DNA of 63,534 nt, filler included, from Octopus bimaculoides (taxonomy: Eukaryota): the NCBI RefSeq assembly GCF_001194135.2. It is 5 parts of 4 records of this genome, joined end to end, with 100 filler letters (N's around TTAATTAATTAA, not from the genome) between each part and the next. Parts side by side here need not be neighbours in the genome. Positions count along the whole stretch, not along the records: positions 1 to 8,587 come from NC_068989.1; positions 8,688 to 16,875 come from NC_068994.1; 3 more parts are not named here. One strand, given 5' to 3'. Each line of letters opens with the position of its first letter. Within the stretch, counting starts at the first letter, position 1. The translations under genes were made by a program, and so were the position numbers. Shown piece after piece: positions 1 to 11,140 of this stretch. The notes below the pieces were generated by a model, which was not told where the DNA came from, did no database searches, and saw only the letters and a program-made list of their open reading frames with translations.

Positions 1-377
1 ATATATATATATATATATATACATATAGCTATATACATATATATATGTGTATACGCACACACACACAGACATACATAAGCATACATACATACACATATAC
101 AATACACACAAACGCGCGCGCATATATATTCAATTGAACACGCGCACACCCGCACGCACATATATGTGTGTATATGTATTCGTGTGCTTCTCTATGAGTA
201 TATCGGTATGAATTCATATATATATTCATATTGGTACGTACTAGCATGTATATCTATATCCGCACTTAATCGCTCATGCGTGTATGATGCAAACCTCATG
301 CATTCTTAGACATTCATATTATCACTGACTTTTCCCGGTCTCCGATATGTATGACAAGTACCCACTTTACACTCATA

Positions 378-413
<36 letters not shown>

Positions 414-1372
414 CACACGCATACATACATACACAAACACACACGCTCAAAAATGTACGTGTACACATATACCTATTAAACACATGCGTGTTCTCAATCA
501 CACAGACACATGCGCATACTCATACATATACGCATACATGATATATATATATATAGATAGATAGATACATGCATACATACACACATACATACATACATGC
601 ACACGCACATACATACATGCATACATACATACATACATATAAATGGCGCATATAATACATTCATTCAATGCACACAAAAACTCCCGCATTATAAAAACAC
701 ATTCACACAGCCTATTTCCCTGTCTACAAACAACGCCGTTGCCCTTCCCCGCCCAAACGATTATAACCCATCTCCACCCTTGTCTACGCAAACCACCCCA
801 TTCTCCCCCCACCCANNNNNNNNNNNNNNNNNNNNNNNNNNNNNNNNNNNNNNNNNNNNNNNNNNNNNNNNNNNNNNNNNNNNNNNNNNNNNNNNNNNNN
901 NNNNNNNNNNNNNNNNNNNNNNNNNNNNNNNNNNNNNNNNNNNNNNNNNNNNNNNNNNNNNNNNNNNNNNNNNNNNNNNNNNNNNNNNNNNNNNNNNNNN
1001 NNNNNNNNNNNNNNNNNNNNNNNNNNNNNNNNNNNNNNNNNNNNNNNNNNNNNNNNNNNNNNNNNNNNNNNNNNNNNNNNNNNNNNNNNNNNNNNNNNNN
1101 NNNNNNNNNNNNNNNNNNNNNNNNNNNNNNNNNNNNNNNNNNNNNNNNNNNNNNNNNNNNNNNNNNNNNNNNNNNNNNNNNNNNNNNNNNNNNNNNNNNN
1201 NNNNNNNNNNNNNNNNNNNNNNNNNNNNNNNNNNNNNNNNNNNNNNNNNNNNNNNNNNNNNNNNNNNNNNNNNNNNNNNNNNNNNNNNNNNNNNNNNNNN
1301 NNNNNNNNNNNNNNNNNNNNNNNNNNNNNNNNNNNNNNNNNNNNNNNNNNNNNNNNNNNNNNNNNNNNNNNN

Positions 1373-2044
1373 CGCATCCGCCACCGATGTTTCAACCGTT
1401 ATAAGTCGTACATTAATTATTTCAGTCAATCTACCACGAATCAATGAAAAGCGATCAGTCATGCACGTAATATGGCGGCTCTCGATCACCACCACCACCA
1501 CCACTACCTCCAGAACTACTATAGCAATCACCCCAGCGTCACGACCATCATCACCACCATCATCACAACCACCATCGCCATCATCATTCTCCATCACCAT
1601 CACTACCACCACCGCCACCATCACCACAACCACCATCGTTATCACCACCACTACCATCACTATCACCACCATCATGATTACAGCACCATCGCCACAAACA
1701 CCACCACCACCATCATCATCACTACCAACACCACAACCATCACCATCATCATCATTACCTTTACAACCATTACTACCACCACCGCTGTCACTACCGCTAC
1801 CTGCACCATCACTGCCGCTTTCATCATTATTACCACCGCCACCAATATTACGCCTATCACCACTACCACCACTATCACCACCACCAACACCACCAATATT
1901 ATCAATAGAACGATACGCACCACCATCTCCACCACCATCATCACCACCACCATCAACACTCTTAGTAGCACGGGTACCACTATTGTGATCACCATCACCA
2001 CTAACTATAACAGCACCGTCAGCAGTACAATGTCGGCGTCGTAA
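1373..2044. repeat. Degenerate (ACC/ATC/CAC)n triplet low-complexity tract
   Basis: Cryptic triplet repeat. It gives Thr/His/Pro-rich ORFs on + and Val/Gly/Asp-rich ORFs on -, with no domain signature. Confidence 0.8.
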
Positions 2045-2061
2045 CGAATCGAATCTGTCAG

Positions 2062-2493
2062 TTCGCCGTGTTACAAAATAATCTTTTCTACAATATGAAC
2101 AAGGCCGAAAATTTTCTGAGGAGAGGGATAGTTGCTTACATCGATCCCAGTGTTCCAATGGTACTTATTTTATCGACCCCGAAAGGGTAAAAGGTAAACT
2201 TGCCCTCAACGGAATTTGAAAAAGACAAACGAAATACCGCTATGCATTTTGTCTCTGCCAGCTCACCTTGTTACAAATAATCTTTTCTATTATAGGCATA
2301 AGACCTGAAATTTGGGGGAGGGGTATAGTTGCTTACATCGACCCTATTGCTCCAATGGTAATTATTCTATCGACCACAGAAGGATGAAAGACAAAGTCGA
2401 ACTCGATGGAATTAGAACTCGAAACATAAAGAACGGACGAAATTCTGCAAAGCATTTTGTCCAACATTTTGTCCAATTCTACCAGTTCACCTT
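2062..2493 (-). mobile_element. Two tandem tRNA-derived SINEs (family A)
   Basis: Both are reverse complements of the family seen intact at 20292-20500 (TGGCAGAATCGTTAG A-box-like head, GAGTTCAAA B-box-like motif, GGGGTCGAT core, AGAAAGGATTATT tail). Confidence 0.8.
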
Positions 2494-2754
2494 ATAGCAA
2501 ATAATAGTCGCTTATATATCGGGTAAGACACACTTTGACGATGGAAAAAGTGGACAGAATCACCTACTGGAATCATACTATGTACCTGTCATATACCGAT
2601 AGGATGTGACAATTGTAAGACTAAAACGACCTCACAACTTTTAACCGATGAAAGTAGAAGCTTTAACGGGACAAGGTAGGAAATACTACCACCAGCACAA
2701 CTACCACCTATACTAAATCTCTGAGTGAGAAATATGTAGTAACAGTACCGAACA

Positions 2755-3094
2755 GTAAAGTCTATTTGCCAACACGATGTGGCAGTCCTACATAGGACGA
2801 TGTTACTACTCTTTAGCACCAGGAAAACATCTTTTCCAGCTGGTTACCGACACATGATTTGTGTCAGTATACTGTGAGTATACCAATGTAGACCGAGGAA
2901 AGTAAATAACCCAGAAACCATTGTTCTACAGGTATCGCTAAGGTTAGAAAGGGAGAAATAAACTCCCTTGCTCAAATTATGCGGACACAGACCATATGTC
3001 GGTAGCCAGCTGGAAAAGATGTTTTCTTGGGGTTAAAAAATAGTAACATCGTCCTGTGTAGGACTTCCACATTGTGTTGGCAAATACACTTTAC
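2755..3094. mobile_element. Foldback/MITE-like element with ~111-bp inverted arms
   Basis: 2755-2865 is the reverse complement of 2984-3094 (e.g. GGAAAACATCTTTTCCAGCTGG versus CCAGCTGGAAAAGATGTTTTC), roughly 85% identical by eye, around a ~118-bp spacer. No clear TSD. Confidence 0.7.
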
Positions 3095-3479
3095 AATATC
3101 TATAGTATTTCACCATTTATAGTTAAAAAATATTTTATTGAAAAAAGTAAAAAAAGGTGAATTGATGACGGTGAACTTACAGGACATGACAAAATACTTT
3201 TCATGTTTTATACAATTACTTATAATATTTAATTATAAACATGCGAGGAAAATAGCAATTAAAGGGGTGTCTAAGTTAAATATGTTTGAGAACCACTACT
3301 CAAAGCAGCTTCTTGAAATCTTAACAAAGGCACATTACACGTTACGCAACGTCGCGAGAAAAGACGCGATAGCCATGGCTGGAATTCGTTAGATTATACA
3401 TCAGCTCATTAAGGGCTGACTTGTGATTAAACGGCAGAATCATTATAATCGCAGTTACCACTAAACACAAAATATTTAC

Positions 3480-4140
3480 TAATTTCACCACCACTAAGGC
3501 TTACAACGTTAATACCACTGTTACCACCAATACCACTACCACTACCAACACCACAATCACTACCACCACTATTACTAACAATAACACTACTAACATCAGC
3601 ACCACCCGCGACACCGCCAACACCACCATTGCCCCTATCACTACATCTACTACTACCAAAACACCACTAATACTATCGCCTCTGCAACCATCGTTAACAC
3701 AAACACAGCAATCACCACTACTATTAATACTATCACCGTTGTTATCAATCTCATCAACACTACTACTACTAACAACCCCACCTCTACTATCATCGCCACC
3801 ATTATCAGCAACGCTACAGCTCCACTACCACTACTGACGCGAACAACAAAACCGTCAAGGCTACCACCACTACCAAAAACAACATCACCAGCAGCACCAT
3901 TAACAACACTCCACCAACAACCCCATTACTACCACAACTACTTCTGCCTCTTCCATAAGTACCACCATCTCCTCTACTACAAACCTTTTACCCAGCCACA
4001 ACAAACAACATTACGAGTACCACTTTTATCCCCAATTTCATTGGCACCCCAGCAATCACTATTTCTCTTACTACCATCACTAAGCAACACCACTACCACC
4101 AGAATTGACAACACCACTACCACCAGAATCACCTCCAATA
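3480..4140. repeat. Degenerate (ACC/ACT/AAC)n tract
   Basis: Cryptic C/A-rich triplet repeat with frequent frame slips. Confidence 0.75.
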
Positions 4141-4694
4141 AAATTAGGAGCAATGCTTCATCCGCATTGCTCCTAATATGACGTTGTTAATCAGTGGCAT
4201 GTTCTCTAACAGCAATAATCGTTTGTTTTGATCCAAATTATATTATCACTCCACTCTCGTTTCCTACACCCGTACTGCAACTATTTGAATACCATTAGCA
4301 CCTTAACGAACCTGTCGGCCTTTTCACTATCTTCAGATGTCTGCAGTTTCTTTCATCTAGAATCTAAAGAAAATATCTCAGATTATGATCTCTGAACACT
4401 TCAGAAGCATTTTGTGAGGAAGTAATTCATACATATAGATGTAGCCACAGAATTGAAGGTTAAGATTATCCTGACTTATGTAATTGATCACAGACAATAA
4501 ACAACTAGAGTTTACAGTTGATGCTGCGACCAAGATTTTTCGAAATTGCCTATGTCTACGCACTTTTACGCATCTAACTCTTTCTAAAATTAATTTACTT
4601 TGAACTATTGTATAATCATTTCGTTCATAAAGTAGTTGCGGCATATCGTTTACGACAAACTATGTAAGAAACTGTTTTCATATAGATAGTGTTA

Positions 4695-5088
4695 GAAGTA
4701 ATCCTTTCCCAAGAAGAGGCAAGTCGATTACCTCGACCCCAGTGTTCAACTGGTACTTCATTAGAAGGCCAAGTTGGACTCGGTGGCATTTGATCTCAGA
4801 GCGTAAAGACAGACGAAATGTCGCTAAGGATTTTGATCTGCGTGCTAACGATTCTCTGAGTACAGTGTAATACAAATAAAATACAGTGTAATATAAACAA
4901 AATAAGGACTGAAATTATCAGGGGTGGTGTGTAGTCGATTACATCGACCTCGGCGCTCACTGGCATTTGTTTTATCGACCACGAAAAGATGAGAATCAAA
5001 GTCGACGGAATTTGAACTCAGAAAATAAAGACGGACGAAATATCGCTAAGCATTTTTGTCCGGCGTGCTAACGATTCTGCCAGCTTGC
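4695..5088 (-). mobile_element. Two SINE family A copies
   Basis: 4695-4858 and 4906-5088 each carry the GTCGATTACATCGACC core and end in GTGCTAACGATTCT(GCCAGC), the reverse complement of the A-box head. Confidence 0.8.
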
Positions 5089-5514
5089 TGTATTACGAAT
5101 GATAGTATCTGATATCGGGTAAAAAAGACTTTTACGAAAGAAAAGTGAACACATCGCCAACTGGAATCATACTATGTAACTGTCGTGTACCGAACGACCA
5201 CGATAATTGTAAGAACAAAACGACCACACAGGTTTCAACCACTGGAAGTAGAAGCTTTAACTGAACAGCGCAGGAGAGTACATATTTGCATTTGGTTCGC
5301 TTGAAGCATTGAGAAATTTGAAACCTGGTGTTTAAGAAGTTGCAAGAATGCAATAGGAGCTCCTTATATAGCTCCTTATATATCAAGTAAAATACCTTTG
5401 ACGACAAAAGTGGGTACAGAATCGAATCACAGGCCATATAATGCAATCCTTTTTAGCCATTTCCAAGCTAATCGAGTTACAGCTTCTTTCGGGTTTGTCA
5501 TTTGACGTTTCGCT

Positions 5515-5580
5515 TTGGTATAATGGTTATCTCGGTTGTTCAGTATAATGCAGGTATGTGGTTCGATTCCTGTAGGTAAT
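5515..5580 (+). mobile_element. Isolated tRNA-like SINE head relic
   Basis: A-box-like TGGTATAATGG (5517) and B-box GGTTCGATTCC (5560). No cloverleaf can be completed, so it is not called a tRNA. Confidence 0.4.
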
Positions 5581-5836
5581 TTCGTTCTGGCTGCTATATC
5601 TTAACCGAACCATACGGAACTATTAATTATAGCGCCATTTGAGAAACATTTATTTTTAAATTTCTCAAAGTTTCAAGCCAAACAAATAAAAGCAATTCAT
5701 TTGATTATATTTTAGTGATACCGAAAGTCTCCTGGGAGTTATACTGAAACAGAATATATATATTGTCTGAAGTACCTAAATTTTGTGGTTTCTGAATAAA
5801 TAATAGACTGAAAAAAATTCACACACACTCGCGCGC

Positions 5837-5868
<32 letters not shown>

Positions 5869-6390
5869 NNNNNNNNNNNNNNNNNNNNNNNNNNNNNNNN
5901 NNNNNNNNNNNNNNNNNNNNNNNNNNNNNNNNNNNNNNNNNNNNNNNNNNNNNNNNNNNNNNNNNNNNNNNNNNNNNNNNNNNNNNNNNNNNNNNNNNNN
6001 NNNNNNNNNNNNNNNNNNNNNNNNNNNNNNNNNNNNNNNNNNNNNNNNNNNNNNNNNNNNNNNNNNNNNNNNNNNNNNNNNNNNNNNNNNNNNNNNNNNN
6101 NNNNNNNNNNNNNNNNNNNNNNNNNNNNNNNNNNNNNNNNNNNNNNNNNNNNNNNNNNNNNNNNNNNNNNNNNNNNNNNNNNNNNNNNNNNNNNNNNNNN
6201 NNNNNNNNNNNNNNNNNNNNNNNNNNNNNNNNNNNNNNNNNNNNNNNNNNNNNNNNNNNNNNNNNNNNNNNNNNNNNNNNNNNNNNNNNNNNNNNNNNNN
6301 NNNNNNNNNNNNNNNNNNNNNNNNNNNNNNNNNNNNNNNNNNNNNNNNNNNNNNNNNNNNNNNNNNNNNNNNNNNNNNNNNNNNNNNNNN

Positions 6391-6498
6391 GAAGAAGAAG
6401 AAGAAGAAGAAGAAGAAGAAGAAGAAGAAGAAGAAGAAGAAGAAGAAGAAGAAGAAGAAGAAGAAGAAGAAGAAGAAGAAGAAGAAGAAGAAGAAGAA
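6391..6498. repeat. (GAA)n microsatellite
   Basis: Perfect triplet run bordering an N gap. Confidence 0.95.
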
Positions 6499-7570
6499 AC
6501 ACTTTATCATACTCAACGTTGTTCTGGAAGAAGTTTAGGTTCATGTTCATTCACAAATGCAGCCAAGTCTGTGATGTCATAATTTGTTACTCTTGCTCTG
6601 TCTCTTGAAGTTAAATCACTAATTTGACGGTCTGTTTTTGGCAGTCCAGAGCCAGACTCTTGCAAATTTTTGCCTCCCTTGGCCAAAACTTGATCTTGAA
6701 TTTCAGTTAGTTCTTGATTAGAAATTGTTTCAGAAAACTGAATTTCAATATCTGGGTCTGCCTTTTGAACTGCATACTTTACGTCCTCAGCAATGTCCTC
6801 ACAATGTTTCATCCAAATCTATAGGGAACTGCCAAGTTGATACATGTTCAGTATAATTGCAAAAAGGTTACAGAGTTTACTTGGAGAATCTGATACTGAT
6901 GCTTCAGTCAATTGAAGGTCCCAATGCTCATTATTTTCTGAAAAAAAACTTGTTGATAACGTGCTTTCCTATAAGTTTCCCACACATGACCGTTTACCTT
7001 CCTCGAATCTTGGGATGATTTGAGACCACGTACTTCATGCAAAAGGAACCGTAAGTAGTAGCATTATGCTTGACTTGGTGGGGGGGGGGCACTGTAAACT
7101 CTTGCAAGAGCGTCAACCCCTCGTTTCTTGTGCCATTTATTGTTTCTCCAGGTATAATACTTGGGTAATTGTAGGTAAAGGAGTTTTCGTGCATCTTCAT
7201 CTACTTGATGCAACTTAAAAAATGGCAGTAAGGTTAGTTTGTTTTGGAGAAAGTGCATGTTGCAAGGCTGTTTGTTTTGTAACAGTTACCCTGTAGCCAT
7301 TCTCTAGGTGGACACTCAGATGAATGATGGCTGGGTGCCTCTCATGAATGGGAAAACTGAAGATGCGCCAAAAAGCCTCAGAGGTACTGATGTATTTTCG
7401 TCTGTCATACCGGGCATCCTCATCATTGTTATTTATCTGCTGACTGCCATTCTGCATAAGAGTGTATGTTGCAGCATCTAAACCTTTGTTTATATATACT
7501 TGCAAACATGCTTAATAGAGTTAACAGAGTTGCAGAATTCAACATTGGTTGTGGCTATCTGTACTCGTCT
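6499..7570 (-). pseudogene. Helitron RepHel fragment (end of Rep domain to start of helicase), frameshifted
   Basis: Minus-strand peptides NVEFCNSVNSIKHVCKYINKG, YISTSEAFWRIFSFPIHERHPAIIHLSVHLENG, LLYLQLPKYYTW, HWDLQLTEASVSDSP and TNYDITDLAAFVNEHEPKLLPEQR match recalled Helitron RepHel motifs in the expected order. Confidence 0.88.
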
Positions 7571-7748
7571 TTGCCTCACTGTAGAATACTGATCATCTAC
7601 ATCTACTCTCTCTCCTCTTGTAGAAAGTGAGAACATTGTTCTCGGAAGTTAAAATAGGGATTAAATGAAAAAATGAGTTACGTAAATATCTTCACAAGAT
7701 TGATTGAAATAAATGGTGATTGTGGAACGCCCACGCACACACACACAA

Positions 7749-7798
<50 letters not shown>

Positions 7799-8060
7799 CA
7801 TATACAGACAGTATCAAACATCAGATGAAATTGACGTGAGAGAGAGAAGGGGTGTATTGTCATGTATACGTACATGAATAAATAAATATGCATATATCTT
7901 TTTGTATGTATTTGTGCGTGTGTGTGTGAGAGAGAGATAAAGACTGAGAGTGCCACATAGACATCACTCTCTCTCTCTCTCTCTTACACACACATACAAA
8001 AAGACGTATGCATATGTATTTATGTATGTACGTATACATGACAACACACCCCTTGACTAA

Positions 8061-8095
<35 letters not shown>

Positions 8096-8587
8096 GCACA
8101 AACACATACGTGTTTGTGTGTGACTGACTTCTATGTGAGAGATAGAGTGGGGAAGAACATTGTAAACAATGAATGAAATAAACATGATATGAAGAAATCG
8201 TATAAATAAAAGCTCGTTGAAAACTGTCTTGTACCGAATATTTAAATTTGGGAATTTAGTAAATATTTCTTTCAGTAATTTATCGTCGTTGATTGCAAAT
8301 AACGAATTAAAACTCGAAATGAAAACATCAATATGGAGAGTGAGAGGTTTTGCAAATGAAAACGGAAAATTTCGCCATTGCTACGTCAATACCGGAAGTT
8401 GATATTGAGAAACCTGTTTAAAGAACTGAATCATATATATATATAAAGCAATATTATTTGCTTCTAATAAAAAAAACAACAAATAAACTGAAGACCCTAT
8501 TATGTATCCGAAGTTGAATTATTCATGCATCCCAAATATGGAAGCAATTCAGGCAACCGCTCTCGCGTTAAAAGTAAATATACACAC

Positions 8588-8687
8588 NNNNNNNNNNNNN
8601 NNNNNNNNNNNNNNNNNNNNNNNNNNNNNNNTTAATTAATTAANNNNNNNNNNNNNNNNNNNNNNNNNNNNNNNNNNNNNNNNNNNN
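8588..8687. other. Artificial scaffold linker N44-TTAATTAATTAA-N44
   Basis: Exactly 100 nt. An identical cassette occurs four times in the window. Confidence 0.9.
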
Positions 8688-9369
8688 AAATGTACATACA
8701 AGCATACGTATAAACACATATGTGTGTATTTGTGTCTATGTGTCAATGTATGTATGTATCTGTGTGTGTGTGTATGCATGTATGCATGTGTGTGTATATG
8801 TATGTATGTATTCATATATGTAAGTATGTATTCATTCTCTCTTTCTTGTATTCCTAGCCTTTCTCCTTCCCCTTAATGCCTTTCCTTTTTTCTCTGTCGC
8901 TCTCTCTCCCTGTTGTGGCCAGTTTCCCCTTTTTTCCTTTCTTACACTGGTCTCGTTGCTGACCAGTCGCAAATTCCGTCTCTCCGTTCTCCATTCTTCA
9001 AGACATTTTCTAAACGTTACCCACTATTCTCGTCTCCTTGGCCCCAAGGCTGTATTTTGTTCGACTGTCCGTCCTCGTCCACCTCCCTAAATAACACTCT
9101 GTGTCGTTTTGCTTGTTTTGTTTTGTTTTGTTTGCTCTTGTCCCTAATTCTTCACAGGAGAACCTTTTTGTTGTAGGCACCGCCAATTGGGAAGCACTCA
9201 GTCCCACGTTAAAGGTGCAAAACTGAATATTACCAATTGGTCGATAATTGATGAAGAACTACGGACCTTCAGTTTGTCTCCCGTTCGTATTTACATTCAG
9301 TATACGTTACGTCGGTTGTTTATAATTTATATATATATATATATATGTATACACACGCACACACATACA

Positions 9370-9376
9370 TATCTAA

Positions 9377-9450
<74 letters not shown>
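9370..9450. repeat. (ATCT)n tetranucleotide microsatellite
   Basis: Direct reading. Confidence 0.95.
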
Positions 9451-9562
9451 GTGTGTGCACACTCATTAATGCTACAGATATATGTATGTATATATTTGTA
9501 TGCATGTATATACGTACATACATATACATACACAAAAGCATGCATATATATATATATATATG

Positions 9563-9600
<38 letters not shown>

Positions 9601-9979
9601 CATATATGGTAAATGAAAGTAAACGGAAGATGGAATGTAAGAGAATTTCTATTAACCATGACAATTGTTTTGACAAATCTAGCATCGATCACCGAAACAA
9701 GTAAAAGAATAAAAGAATCTTCTATTCTTCTACATATGTTTCGATGGACGCATTCAAAATACGTCCGACAGGAAGAATTATAGTCAGCTATGCATCAATC
9801 TCATCAGGAAAGATATAAACAGCATTCATCAAATAGATATGTTTACAGATATAGGAAGCCCTAGAAAATGTGACGTATTTATATGCATATGCACGCACGT
9901 GTACACACATATATACAACATGCATACATAAACACACACACATATATATACACATATATACATATACACACACACACAT

Positions 9980-10024
<45 letters not shown>

Positions 10025-10399
10025 TATATACATATAAATATATATATATACACATACATACACATATATCCATATTTATATTTTTACCAACACAAACATG
10101 TATGTATACAAACATATACACATTTACACATACGTACATACATGCATACATACACTCATAAATATACCCACAGCACATACATAAATACATATATATATAT
10201 ACGTCAATAGACGTTTTCGACCATCTACTTATACGCATAAACACACATTCACATACACTCACAAGAGCATACACATCCCAAATCTCATTTAGACTCAAAC
10301 ATATACATTCACAGACACACATTTACTTAAGCACATACGCACATTTGTATACAAACATAGCATACATACATGCAGGAGCAAAACTAGATATTTACGCAT

Positions 10400-10575
10400 A
10401 TTCATATATGGAAAGTCAAGTAGTGAGGGAACGCAAAAAATTTAAAAGTGTCGTTAAGGAAATATACTTCATAGGGTGAGAGAAGAAGAAAAGGTATAGA
10501 AAGATATGGAAGGGGAAAGAGAAAAACATTGTAAGAAGGGGGAAAGACAAGATAGAGACGAGAGAGTAACGGGCT
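10400..10575 (-). mobile_element. Diverged fragment of PLE 3' UTR
   Basis: AAGATATGGA...GAGAGTAACGGGC at 10501-10574 resembles 10740-10815 and the reverse complement of 13610-13690. Confidence 0.55.
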
Positions 10576-11140
10576 AAAAAGAAATGAAATAGCAAGTGTA
10601 GATGGAGCATTTCCGATGATCGAGGTTGATGTTGCGCTCAAAATTGACTGGATGGAATAAAATCCAAGCAGTTAATACGTGGGCGATAACATCACTTCGG
10701 TATGGAGCGGGAATGATAATAAGAAAGAGGGGAAAATAAAAGATATGGAGGAGAAAAAAGACAGGGAGGGAAAAAAGAAAAATAAGAAGGGAAAGAGAGA
10801 GGAGAGAGTAACGGGCAAAATTGTATAGATAAAGCTAGGAAGAGATAAAAAAAAGAGAAGGGAGGAATAAAGGTAATGGGAAGTAAGATAGAAGAATAAA
10901 GAAAAAATAATTTGCAGAAAATTATTATTAGGTAATGGGTAGATACTATTTGAAAAAAAACTGAAGTTATGTTTTTTCCAGTGTGCCTACCTATAAACTC
11001 TCTTCGTAAATCTGTTTAGCAGTTTATGTTTGGAAAAGAGAATAAAAAATTGCTCTTCCGTACAAAGAGGACAAAAAGATTTCCCTTCATCATAGGGAAA
11101 AGATTTAGATAAATTTTGCCATTCTAAAGAAAAAAGTTTG
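10576..11140 (-). repeat. Left arm of ~550-bp inverted repeat (inverted pseudo-LTR: PLE 3' end plus ~140 bp of R4-like LINE)
   Basis: Reverse complement of 13308-13857. About 11 mismatches in 170 bp across the LINE/PLE junction portion. Confidence 0.9.

Noticed and set aside
1472-2044. Thr-rich 190-aa ORF as a mucin-like gene
   Set aside because: A C/A-rich triplet repeat is intrinsically stop-poor, and similar tracts at 3480-4140 and 49785-50431 shift frame freely. No signal peptide or splice evidence.
9240-9300. TTGATGAAGAAC as a hammerhead remnant
   Set aside because: No stem II and no GAAAC.
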